Origin: Eledone cirrhosa
Lineage: Eukaryota
NCBI GenBank assembly: GCA_964016885.1
Contig: OZ024741.1
Coordinates: 363,816,001-363,880,000 of the forward strand
Direction: 5' to 3'
DNA: 64,000 nucleotides
In this document: piece by piece, positions 24,774-36,168 of the stretch
Layout of the letters: each line of letters opens with the position of its first letter
How positions within the stretch are numbered: position 1 is the first letter of the stretch
Position numbers and translations under genes: made by a program
Notes under the pieces: model-generated
The model's input: the letters and a program-made list of their open reading frames with translations, nothing else
What the model was told of the DNA's origin: nothing
Databases searched by the model: none

Positions 24774-26128
24774 TGTTTCTAGTTTTGGCACAAGGCCAGA
24801 AATTACCCCAGTGCATTATTGGCACTTTATTTTATTGATTCCATAACGATGAAAGGCAAAGCTAACCTTGGTGGGATTTGAACTCAGAACATAAAGGTTC
24901 ATAACTCTATGCTGCAAAGCATGGTGTCTGACGCTCTACCGATACTGCCAATCCACCGCCCTAAGTAATATTAATAATTGTTTATACATTTGGCACAAGG
25001 CCAGCAATTACCCAGTGCAATACTAGTACTATATTTTATCGAGCCCGTAAGGAAGTTAACCTTGGAGGGATTTGAACTCAGACCATAAAAGACTGTAACT
25101 CTTTGCTGCAAAGCATGGCGTCCGACCCTCTACCGATACTGCCAATCCACCTATGGTTTCTAATTAGGCACATGACAAGCAATTTGGGATAAAGGGGAAA
25201 GTCGATTATATCAACCTCAGAAGAATGAAAAGCAAAGTTGACCTTGGCATGATTTGAACTCAAAGAGCCATAACTAATTGCTACAAAGCATTTTGTTCAA
25301 CACTATAACTGTTCTGTCAATCCTCCACTCTTTGTAATAATAACAGTTTCTAATTTTAGTTTAAGGTCAGCAATTTGGTGGGGAACGTGTAAGTAGATTA
25401 TATCCACTCACAATACTTGATTTGTACTTTATTTAATCAACCTTGGAAGGATGTAAGGTAAAGTTGACTAGAGGGAGGGGAATTTGAAGTCAGAATGCAA
25501 AGAGCAGAAACAAATACTGCAAGGCATTTTTTCCAATGTCCTAACAATTCTGCCAATGTCCTAACAATTCCTTAATAAAATAGGTTTTTAATTTAGATAC
25601 AAAGCCATTAATTTTGGGTGGTTGGTAGGTAGGGGGCTGATAATATTCTCCACTACCTGACTGGAACTTTATTTTATCAACCCCAGAACGATGAAAGACA
25701 AAATTGGCTTCAGCAGGATTTTAACTTAGAATATAAAGAGCTGGAACAAATATCACATAATACTGTCCAACACTAATGATTCTGTCAGGTACAGTTGATT
25801 AAATAAACTCCAGAAGTTCATTGGTACTTATTTTATTGACTGGTGAAGGATGAAAGGTGAAGTAAACCATGACAGGATTTAAACTCATAATGTAAAGATA
25901 TGTAACTAAATAAGCCAGGGAATTTTGTCTCACAGTTACACCAATTCTGTTATTCCACTGCCCTTATGATAATGGTGTTTAATTTAAGCACAAGGCCAAC
26001 AATTTTGAGGCAGAGGGAAAGTCAAATCTACACCAGTAATTGATTGCTATTTTATTTTATTCACTCCAGAAGGATTAAAGGCAAAGTTGACTGTGATGAA
26101 ATTAGAACTCAGAACACAAAGAACTGGA

Positions 26129-26130
<2 letters not shown>
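24774..26130 (-). mobile_element. Head-to-tail cluster of about 7 tRNA-derived SINEs (Meta-domain-like core)
   Basis: Recurrent unit ttggcacaaggccag...ttattttatcgacccc...gatgaaaggcaaagttgacct...gatttgaactcagaac, i.e. B-box GAGTTCAAATCC on the minus strand. Other copies near 16650-17460, 28120, 42340, 43450, 44150, 52125, 53920, 56900. Confidence 0.85.
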
Positions 26131-26160
<30 letters not shown>

Positions 26161-27545
26161 TAATAATAACAATAATGATAATAATTTAAACATGTTTTTA
26201 CCTGAAAACAAATATTTTATCCCATTAAAATAGAAAACAAATATTTCATCCAATCAAAATAGAAAACAGAAATAGCTTATCCAATCAAAAAAACAAAGAA
26301 ATAGTTTGTAGCTGATGAAACCAATAGCTTTCAATGAAAAACAAAAAAAAAATAAAAATAAAAATGAATTTTGTTAAACAACTTAAGAAGGCTACTGTAA
26401 TCAAAATTTCTTAAAACTAAGAAAAATTCTTTTTTTTTTAAAACTAGATTGTTGTAACTGCTGAAACTGGGTGAAAAAAACAACTTTTATCAATTGTGGT
26501 TAAAGAAAACTAAAAAGAAAAGGAGCCAATCATAAGATTGGACAAAGAAACAAATTTAAAAAATCATTAAAATTAAACTGATGCATTCAATTAAATTTTA
26601 TTTGTTCAAATTATTTACCAAAAAGATATTTTTCTGAATCAAATAATGCTGATCAGACATCTATTTTTAACTTGTGTGTGTCTATCTATTTTCCATGTTG
26701 GCATAGGTTGGATGGATCGTTATGGTTCAAGTCAGCTCTTATTCAAAGTTAACCTCTCCTAAAAAGATCAGAGGACATCTCACACATTTGCTCATAATAG
26801 TGAGAGATGGGGAGAGTGGGAGAGACGGAGGCTGTGACAGTGGGAGTTTGGTTCCTTTGTGTTCGGACCTGGTGTATATATGTGTATATATTTATTTACT
26901 GCACCACATGTTACAAACGTTTACTCACTTGTCTACAACAAAGACAAGACTATCTTTTCCGACATTCTTGACTGTATCCAGAGAAAAGCCTCACAAGACT
27001 TACTATTTAGTCTTAATAAAATGAGTATACACACATTCCTCTGTGTGTGTGAAACTGGTATTTATTTCCAGGTGGATGAGAAGCTAAGTGGAAGCTTACA
27101 TCTTTGCTCCCAGCTCAGCTGGATCATGGATCAGTGTTAGACTAATTATTGTGAGGAAATCTAAGAGACTATAAGAGTACAGAAGAAATTACAATAGTGA
27201 CAATTTGTTTATTTTACAAATTTAAAAAAAAAAAAAAATGCTTTTTAAAAATTTGAATGAAAAGAGTTTGAAATGAAAATCAAATCAGTATGTTATCACC
27301 AATATGAAAAAAATGTTCATAAAAAACATCCTTAGCCTTAGACTAAGACTTGAATGAAAAAAATGATTACAAGCTAGTTATAAAAAAAACAAGAACAACA
27401 AACTTTTCAAGATATCTTACAAACAATATATAGAAGTGTTACGATGAAGAATATAAAGAAATAAGGAATATATAAAGGATGAAAGAGAAGAAAGGAAATG
27501 GTTGCATGCAGCTTCAAAATGAGCAGGACAGCAACATGCACTGAC

Positions 27546-27550
27546 TGAAA
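27546..27550 (-). CDS. Candidate 5-nt microexon of syndapin (TTTCA)
   Basis: About 150 nt AG-free pyrimidine-rich tract with a CTAAC branch-like motif, then cactag|TTTCA|gtcagt, and two TGCATG motifs just downstream. Confidence 0.3.
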
Positions 27551-28573
27551 CTAGTGAACAACATATAAAATTTAGGGAAAGGTAGAAAATCAAGTTAGAT
27601 CGAGGAGGAAAACAGATGACAAAAGAAAGAAAGAAAGAGGAAAAACAAACAAAAACGAAAATCAATGAAAATGTAATAAAATTAATGATTAAAAGATGTT
27701 AAGCAACTCTATATAAGATCTTTGGGAACAACAAAATGAGCCTGCTCTTCATAGCCATTCCTATGCAGATATTTATTTATATATTTTAATAGAAGTATAA
27801 GAATTAACCCTTTTATTAACATATTTCTAATGAAAGGCACTTAATGATTTTCAAATTATTTTAAAAACAGTCAAGAACATAGAGCAATTTAGTAATATAA
27901 CTTTCTCATTATTAAGCTGGTATTTGGAACAAAGTTTCTTCCATAAAATTATGATGGAAGGTTTTTAGATAAATATCAAAATTTTAAAACAAATAATCTA
28001 AAAACGGGTGGTTTTAGACAATTTGGTGTCAAAATTGCTAAGAACTCTACTAACTAGAAAATTATACTTGAGAATAAAATTTTGAAAAAATACAAACAAA
28101 AAAAAAACAAAACAAATAATTATTTCTACTTTTGGCACAAAGCCAGCAATTACCCAGTACATTACTGGTACTTTATTTTATCGACCCCCGTATGGATGAA
28201 AGGCAAAGTTAACCTCAGTGGGATTTGAACTCAGATCGTAAAGGGACGTAACTATGCTGGAAGCATGTCCGACCCTCTACCGATACTGCCAATTCACAAA
28301 ACAAATAATGATAGGCACTGATACTAATCAATTTGAAACAGAATAAAAAGTAAAAAAAGAAATCAAAATTATTTATTTAATATCATTAAGGAATGATTGG
28401 TGATCAAATTCTTACACTAGATATAGAATATAAACTTAGGGAAAAATAAATATATTTTTTGTCTCAAGCCCAAATTTATAGTCAATATATAACAATATAA
28501 TTTCAGTGAAATGTAAAAGAAAATTAGTTATTCTACACAGTATATAAAATATACCTGTTGATTTAAATAAATA

Positions 28574-28702
28574 TTAACCCTTATAGAGCTGCCAAGTTAA
28601 TATATTGGACTTGATAACATATTCAAAAACGTGTACTGGCCTAAAAATGTGCTCATCCATAGTGTTTTTGCTATATAATAATAATAGCATTAAAAGGGTT
28701 AA
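28574..28702. mobile_element. Short TTAA-flanked MITE
   Basis: TTAACCCTT...AAGGGTTAA ends 129 bp apart. Confidence 0.55.
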
Positions 28703-29130
28703 AGATGTAAATCTTAATAATGAACCTTTTCATTTATTTTGTTACTCTTCATGTGCAAAATTGTGTTAATTTAACTACACAAACAAGTTCATGATGGATG
28801 TAGATTTCACCAATGAAAATGATTTTAGGAAAACAAACCTGAGGGTAAAAATATAATTGTATAAGCAAAGAACATATATATATGTTTCCCTGCCCCATAC
28901 AAACTCATAAATAACATTTAGAAGCGAATCTATTAGAGAAAGAGCAATGGAACATTTGACACAATCCTCTTGCGATTGTAAGGCAAAAGCAAGGAGTCTT
29001 TATTTCTACTGAAATTGTTTGTTTTTTTTTTACTTTTGGTTGCAGTGCAAATGGACAACTAATGCAGCAGGTTTTTACGACACTGGGAAGTTGGCTGCTT
29101 GGGTGTAGGACAGTACCTACCTGGTTTATA

Positions 29131-30067
29131 TCAATCAGAGAAATCAGATAAGGACTCGGTATCAACACTGCGAAAATAGCCGTCCATGGACTGATCTGTG
29201 TTGGATCTGTTTAAATTCGCATTGCTGCAGTATGATCCTTTTCGGTTATCTATATAGTGAGGCGATTGCAAATGACCTACAGGGCTCCTATTATTCATGT
29301 TCCTATTTGGAGAGGTCAGATTTCGGTTACCACCAATTCCTTTATTACCTCCAGCAGGTTTCCCAAGGATCATATCTCGAATTTCTTTGTCAAAGTTATC
29401 AGGTACTCCTCTATATTGGCTCTTTCTCACCTGGATTGGCGATGGAGAGCTGGGTCTTCTCTCTTCTATGTGAATTGTAGGCTGGCTTTGATTATTCAAT
29501 GGTCTTATCATTGGGTTAGGTGGGCCTGGAGACTGATGAGCGAAACTACCACGTCGATTTCCAGGACTTACTTTAAGTTCATTTATTACTGGTGGTCGTA
29601 TACCAGGTGGGCCCATGCCTGGTGGGCCCATGCCAGGCGGACCCATGCCAGGCGGACCCATGCCAGGCGGACCCATGCCAGGCGGACCCATGCCTGGCGG
29701 ACCCATGCCTGGCGGACCCATGCCTGGCGGACCCATGCCTGGCGGACCCATGCCTGGTGGACCCATGCCTGGTGGACCCATGCCTGGTGGGCCCATGCCT
29801 GGTGGACCCATGCCTGGTGGACCCATACCTGGTGGACCCATGCCTGGTGGGCTCATGCTAGTTGGACCAACACCTGGTGGTCTCATGCCAGGTCTTATGC
29901 CACCAGGTGGACCCATACCAGTTGGTCTAATGCCACGGGGGCTTGAACCCATGGGACGTGGATCCATTCCAAGTCTAGATTGTCCAACACCACGCCCTTG
30001 AGGAGTTGACTGAGTAGTTGGGCTGATTTTTATGCCAGCATTTGAAGGAGCTTTCAGATTAGGTGAG
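29131..30067 (-). CDS. PACSIN: Syndapin alternative exon encoding a Pro/Gly/Met-rich low-complexity region, ending in a stop if read through
   Basis: Pyrimidine tract + cactag acceptor at 30067, in phase 2 like the neighbouring exons. Open for ~310 codons (SPNLKAP...(GMGPP)16...ESLSDFSD*). Repeat variation is synonymous in this frame. Confidence 0.75.
29606..29845 (-). repeat. Coding 15-bp minisatellite, 16 units, (Gly-Met-Gly-Pro-Pro)16
   Basis: Units GGY ATG GGY CCR CCW read directly from the sequence. Confidence 0.95.
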
Positions 30068-30510
30068 CTAGTGAGGTAAATAGATGAAGGAACAAAGAAG
30101 GACTTAGAAAGTTTGAAAATATCATTGCTAGGTTGGATAAACAATTCAATTTCATGTAAAAACCAACAACTGACATCTAAAATGAAACATTTGTTAATAT
30201 GCATTCAGATAAGAAATACTTAACCATCTACACATTGAAAATCTACATTAACCTAGTGTAAGCATGTAGATTTACTTGGTCCTTAATCATAAAGGTGTTT
30301 TCAGTTTCAAAATTAGACAACATTTTTTTGGCATATCAATAGTAACTCCAAACCATGAAATAAAAATAGTAAATCACTAAAGTTAAAAAATTAAAAATAT
30401 TCCATTTATGAAGCATTGTGAGATATGTAATAAATCACTAAGTTTCAAAAAGCCTGTACAATGTGGTATGACAAATAAAACAAAACAAAGTAATATTTTA
30501 CCCAGTATAT

Positions 30511-30555
30511 TTCAACATGATATTTCAGGGCTATTACCCTCTTTTCAAATGTGAA
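30511..30555 (-). ncRNA. Second, inverted copy of the Penelope hammerhead-like motif
   Basis: Minus strand TTCACAT-TTGAAAA-G-AGGGT-aata-GCCCT-GAAA-TATC-ATGTTGAA. Confidence 0.5.
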
Positions 30556-31020
30556 TCAAACGGTTTAAAACAAACACCGGCCTACATACAACAATATGTG
30601 CACACTCTCCTACATGGTCCCATCAATAATAAAAAAGTGTGGACGAGAGCGTATGTGGTCTATAAGGTCACATGTAAAAAATGTAGCTCCTCGTATATCG
30701 GAAGTACTGTTTAGGTGCTGCACATATGGATTAAGGAGCACATGAACATGACGAGAGCTTCTTCTGTTAAAAAGCATCTTCATCTTGACATGCAACAGCA
30801 AAGACATTGAGGTCACCATAGAAGCGATGGAAAGGAATGTGAATGATTTAAGAATCAAAGTGGCCATTATCATCAACAAGAAAAGCCACAGATAAATAAT
30901 ATATTGGAAATGTATGAAACAGATTGGCTACTATAACAACTCCACACGTGTATTTCAAACATGTTAACCAGTTAAGAAAGAACACATTGATTGTTCGTTT
31001 TTGTTTTGAACCATTTCTGC

Positions 31021-31065
31021 TTCACATTTGAAAAGATGGTAATAGGCCTGAAATATCATGTTGAA
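31021..31065 (+). ncRNA. Minimal hammerhead-like motif (U3-A8 variant core) in Penelope terminal repeat
   Basis: TTCACAT-TTGAAAA-short stem II-GAAA-TATC-ATGTTGAA. Confidence 0.5.
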
Positions 31066-31088
31066 ATATACTGGGTAAAACATTACTT

Positions 31089-31797
31089 CTTCGCCCAATT
31101 ATTCCTGAGAAAGTCGTGGAGGCAGAGTCCTGAAACACTCCTTCTAGCGGGTCCTGTCAGAAGCAATCGTCTCCAACTGATCCAGCTGTAGCCCCAAACA
31201 AAACCAGCCAATCTCATGGATGTTATCCAACCATCTTGCTCGGGGTCTACTCCTGAGTCTCGCCCATAAAATCTGTCCAGCAATTCATTCCTGAGATATT
31301 CTAACCACGTGCCTATAGTATTGGAGCTGTGATCTCTCAATCTGGGAAGTAGCAGCTCTACCTGGAGTGGGTCTCTGATCTCTAAATTACTGCTGAAGCT
31401 GGTGCATTACTGCAACAGCTCCTGCAATTCTTGCATTAATTCAGCCGCCTGCCTTCCATTACTCATGAACATGGCCCTGAGATACTTGAACTTCTCTACC
31501 TGCTTCAGTGGAACTCCATTTACATGTAGCGTACACTGCACAGGCTTCCTTGAGAGGAAGAGCGTCTCAGTTTTTGCAGCACTCATTTTCATTCTAGCCA
31601 TGCAGCACTCAGCATCAAACCTATCGAGTGCAAGTTGGAAATCAACTGTCAAATTAAGTAACACTGTGTTGTCTGCAAATTCCAGTCGACTCATTTTACA
31701 CCTGCCAGTCATGATACCACTTCCGACCCAACTGTGCATGTCAATCCTGTTCATGTAAATAATGAACAGGAGAGGTGACAGTATGCACCCTTGTTTT
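31089..31797 (-). mobile_element. RTE-type LINE 3' fragment (degenerate RT)
   Basis: KQGCILSPLLFIIYMNRID...LEFADNTVLL...KTE...LKQVEKFKYL motifs. Confidence 0.88.
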
Positions 31798-31868
31798 ATT
31801 TGTCATCATTTGCCCTTTATATATTTCTACTACATTGTACAGGTGTTTTGAAACTTATCAGTCATTTA

Positions 31869-31921
<53 letters not shown>

Positions 31922-32224
31922 TAAAGTGTCATTGCTTGAAGAAGTAATAAAACACTATCACTTCAACCAAAGAATATATTAATAAAACGTTTATAATTTC
32001 AATCTAGTGTTTTTGTCTTTTAAAGGGTTTATCCTCAAGATATAAAGTTTGTTGTTGTTAAAAGGTATATATATATATATTATATATATAATCTACTATG
32101 GTATAAAAACTCTGCATAGGAAGAGATATGTTGTACACAGGAACTTCCATTCATGCCAAGATGCAGTAAATATATTTTTAGTTAATTTAATTATATAGAC
32201 ACTGAACTGCAAACCTATCATTAC

Positions 32225-32332
32225 TTTTTCTTTTGTGATGTGTCTTTCACCAAGTGTTTAGCATCACTATGTAAATCTTCATCATCAGATTCCTCTCCGA
32301 AAGGATTAAGGCTCTCATCGTAGCTCTCTTGC
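32225..32332 (-). CDS. PACSIN: Syndapin NPF-motif cassette exon (108 nt, phase 2-2)
   Basis: ttttatag|G CAA GAG...AAA AA|gtaatg. Translates QESYDESLNPFGEESDDEDLHSDAKHLVKDTSQKK, an NPF followed by acidic residues. Confidence 0.88.
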
Positions 32333-32658
32333 CTATAAAAGTTACATGAGCTAATAAAGCTGTTCAAATTCAATAAAGTTGTTGGCTAAACATTTTTTAT
32401 TTTTTTTTAGAGAAGGGAGTAGTATAAATGAACACACATTCAAACATTCATACACACAAATACACACCATGCATGTCAAAACCAACAGATAGGTTAAATA
32501 AAAATCAAATCAAATACTTATATTGAAAAAAAAAACAAAAAAAAAACACGTGATTTTAAGCTTCTTTGTGAAAATACTTTTTTTTTACATGTATTGGCAG
32601 AAACACTCAATTATTCAAAGAAAAGCATGTAAAAAGAAAAAAGGGCATGAAAACATAC

Positions 32659-32682
32659 AATGCATGTTTTGAAAAACTCAAA
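32659..32682 (-). CDS. Candidate 24-nt frame-preserving microexon
   Basis: About 165-nt AG-free upstream zone, aaatag|TTTGAGTTTTTCAAAACATGCATT|gtatgt. Open in phase 2 (LSFSKHA). Confidence 0.3.
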
Positions 32683-35600
32683 CTATTTTAGTTGTTAAAC
32701 ATAATTATTAGATAAAGAAACGAATAAATAGGTAGTAGAATAATTTTGTAAAGAAAAAGAAAATAAAATAAAAATGAAGGAGGAAGTGAGTGAGGGTGTT
32801 CAAGAAATCCATTTGAAATAAACAGAAATAAATTTAGTATGATGTATTTCTTGGAACCTGCAATAAAATTGTGCATTACCACTGAAAATAAAATGAAATT
32901 TAGAAATTGTCATGATGTAGCAAAAGAAATTGAAAGTCTAACAATTAGGAAAACTGATTGATTGATATTGTAAAATATTTATTTTTCTGATACACTGAAC
33001 CAGCATTTTCATTCCTTCCTGTCTAATTTACACAAAATTAATTAAAAAATAACATTAAACCTATTAAATTCTGACCTCTCCATTAACCATGTTAACATTT
33101 GTTATATTTCTAATAAAAAAAACATTGCCTAAGATTTTCAAATAATTTCAAAAATATTCTAGAACTTGGAGGAATTTAGCAAAATTCATTCTGGCCTATC
33201 ATATTGATTAATTGAGGTGAGAGTGCCAAAAGTTTCTTTGCTCCCAGGCACTGAAAGCCTTTACTTTACTTTTCCAATTTGGCACAGATTAAAGAGGAAT
33301 TTTTAAAAACCTTTTCCCAATTTATCTAATTCCTGATATACATTTTGAGGTCAACTATAAATACTTTATCTTAACCTATATTTTTTTCTTGACCAGCATC
33401 TTAGATTATCACAAAGGGTTACTGGCAGTAAAGATTCATATTGGTGGTACAAATTTCTTTAAAACTTCTATGATTTAAAAAATTTGAACCAAATGTTAAA
33501 ATGATTATAGGTAAATATATTTTACTATCTGTAGATATTGTCAAACACTGAATAATTTTCAACAAATAGGTTTATTAATGCTTTTACTGCCATATTTCTA
33601 ATGATTATTATCAAATTAAGTTGTTAGGAACATAAAGGCTCTTACATAAACTTATGATATAATCAACACTTTAAATTCATTATTAGTTTATATAAATTAT
33701 ATTCAGTATTTTATTTAATCTTATTTATCAAATAGTTTTTCAGTAGTCATTTTACGATACAGTGAAATTTGAAGAAATCTATTCCGAATACTAATAAATT
33801 GTCTTTTCTTTTTTACAGTATACACCTAATTAAAAGAAAACAACAAAATTCAATGAAATCAAACTAAAATTACTTTCAATATTGCCCATTTGATATTAAT
33901 CCTTTCATTTCCATATTTCTAGTGTAAGACACGGCCCATGATTTTCAATTAATTTAGAAAATAATCAAGAATTTGGAGGGGTTTAGCAACATAACTTTTT
34001 CGTCACTCATCTATTCTGTTCTTATACAAAATTATTATGGAAGATTTTTACATAAATATAAATAAACTTAAAATATACAGTTTTGTATCAAAGAACCTAG
34101 GTGGTTTCATATAAAAAGCATTTAAAAAATCAGAGAATTTAAGGAAATATGAAATATAAAGTAAAATGCCCCCCCCCCCCCCCTCCCATAAACAGAAACA
34201 CATATATACTCTGAATTGTTAGGACTCTGGCTAACTATTATATTCACCTATGGATATTCAAATCATTATTCAACCAAGTTACTTGTCTGGCAAGTAACTT
34301 CGTTGAAGACTGCATGTTGAAACTAAAGCAACCACATTGAAAAAATTATTTTGTGGTGTTGAAAATTTTGTTGCACTCTTTGTGATCTAGTAACTGACTC
34401 CATTTCACTGCAATTTAGTTGTAATAGAGAGCAATGAAAAAATTGATACTGAAAAGTGAATATGACAGCTTTTGTGTATTTCTTTTGAATGGCTAAAATT
34501 ACTTTTCCATGATGTAAAATATATATTTACTGGTTTTAATAACTGAGCTGTGTGCTGGGGCACCACCTCTAATGGTTTTTAGTTATTACATTGACTGCAA
34601 TACGTATTTTACTCTGGTATTTATTTTATTTATAACTATTTACTAAATGGCTAAATAGCCTTTTGGGATAAATAGATGCAACTTAATGCATCCATTTATC
34701 CCAACTATACTCTAGTTGTTTGATTATTGGAACAACCTGTTTGTGAAATTAATGTGCAAGTGGCTGACTTGTGTACCCATAACAAAATTCATAGGGATAT
34801 TGAGCATGAAAGTGTATGAAAAGTCTGGTTCTTTCAATTACAATGGCCTTCCATACAGTTTTCATCTACTCAATTTCAAGGCTTGGGTTAACTCAAGGCA
34901 ATGGTAAAGACACTTCCCCAAGATGTCATACAGTGGGATCAAACTCAGGACCTTATAATTGCAAAGCAAACTTCTTAACCATTTGACTATGTTGTGTACA
35001 TGGATATAGACAAACAGACACACAAGTTCAACAACTTTCAAATTATTGATCAACTCACAACCTATTGCTGAAAATGCTGCTCAGTGAGATTGAATCCAGG
35101 AATTTGCAATTAGTAATTTGAGAGAGAGAGAGAGAGAGAGAAATTACTTTAGTTATAACAGTTTCTGATGCTTTTTTTAGCTTTACAAAACATTTCATTA
35201 ACCCTTTTGTTAATCATATTTCTTAGGAAATCCACTGCTTATAATTTTCAAATCATTAAAGAAATAATCAAGAATTTAGCAAAATAAGTTCTCATTATTA
35301 AGCTAGTGTTTGGAATATAATTTGAGAAAGCTTCTTGCATAAAATTATGATATAAGATCTTTAGACAAATATAAGTACTTTTATCATAAAACCAGAGCAG
35401 TTTCAGGGAGTTTGGTATAAAAAAAGTTAATAGTTCAACATTTATTAGAAATATCACTATATAACTATTTACCACATCCAAACAAAACATTTTACTTTCT
35501 GAAATTTTTGTCATCAAATTCAATTTATAATGGTTAAAAAAAATAAAATAGAGCAAGACAAATTAGAAATTTGAGAGGAATGTAAAAAATATATATAAGA

Positions 35601-35877
35601 TAATCAGTTAGTAGTTATGATTAAGTCATATAAACTATTTCTGAATTTAGGTGGATGGGAGGGGGATAAGCAATAAATAGAACTGAAAATAGAAATACTT
35701 GGATTATTTGAAAAAAAAGAGGGTTAAGCATTTGAAGTTAGAATCTTCAGCTAGAAAACAGAAAAGATTTAAAGAGTTTGGTGGGTGGATAGTTGGGGTT
35801 GATAGGCTAACAGTTGATTGACAATTATTACAGAATCAATTGAGAGAAAAAGGCAGTTGAATCATGCTGTATTACCT

Positions 35878-36168
35878 ATCATCATCATCATCATCATCAA
35901 CGTTTAACGTCCGTGTTCCACGCTTGCATGGGTTTGGACGGGGGTAGTCCCACTTGAGGCAAGAGTGATTGTCTTGCTCGCATAGGACTGTCTGGCAGGT
36001 TTTCTACAGTTGGATGCCCTTCCTAACACCAACCACATTTACAGTGTGGGTCTGGGAGGTTTTTACCGTGTTGCCTACACGGCCACATTACAGCGTGGAC
36101 TGTGTGTTTTTTTGTCGTGTCACCTACACGATCTCATTTGTTTCGGCCTGGATGGCGCGGCACCAACA
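35878..36168 (-). mobile_element. RTE-tail SINE or RTE 3' UTR copy
   Basis: Reverse complement closely matches 8539-8847. Confidence 0.8.

Larger units (their letters stand above)
30488..31088 (+). mobile_element. Truncated Penelope-like element: GIY-YIG endonuclease remnant between inverted terminal repeats
   Basis: YVVYKVTCKKCSSSYIGSTV*VLHIWIKEH is a PLE GIY-YIG motif. 68-bp inverted repeats at 30488-30555 and 31021-31088. Confidence 0.85.

Noticed and set aside
29525-29565. Plus-strand CTGATGAGCGAAAC...GTC with a possible CCTGGAGA/TTTCCAGG stem
   Set aside because: Hammerhead-like core, but there is no room for stem II and it is antisense to coding sequence; likely coincidence.
29257-30001. 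Plus-strand ORFs (MPGGP)n, (DPCLA)n, (THAWW)n
   Set aside because: Shadows of the minus-strand GMGPP repeat; only the minus frame has purely synonymous variation and an in-phase acceptor.
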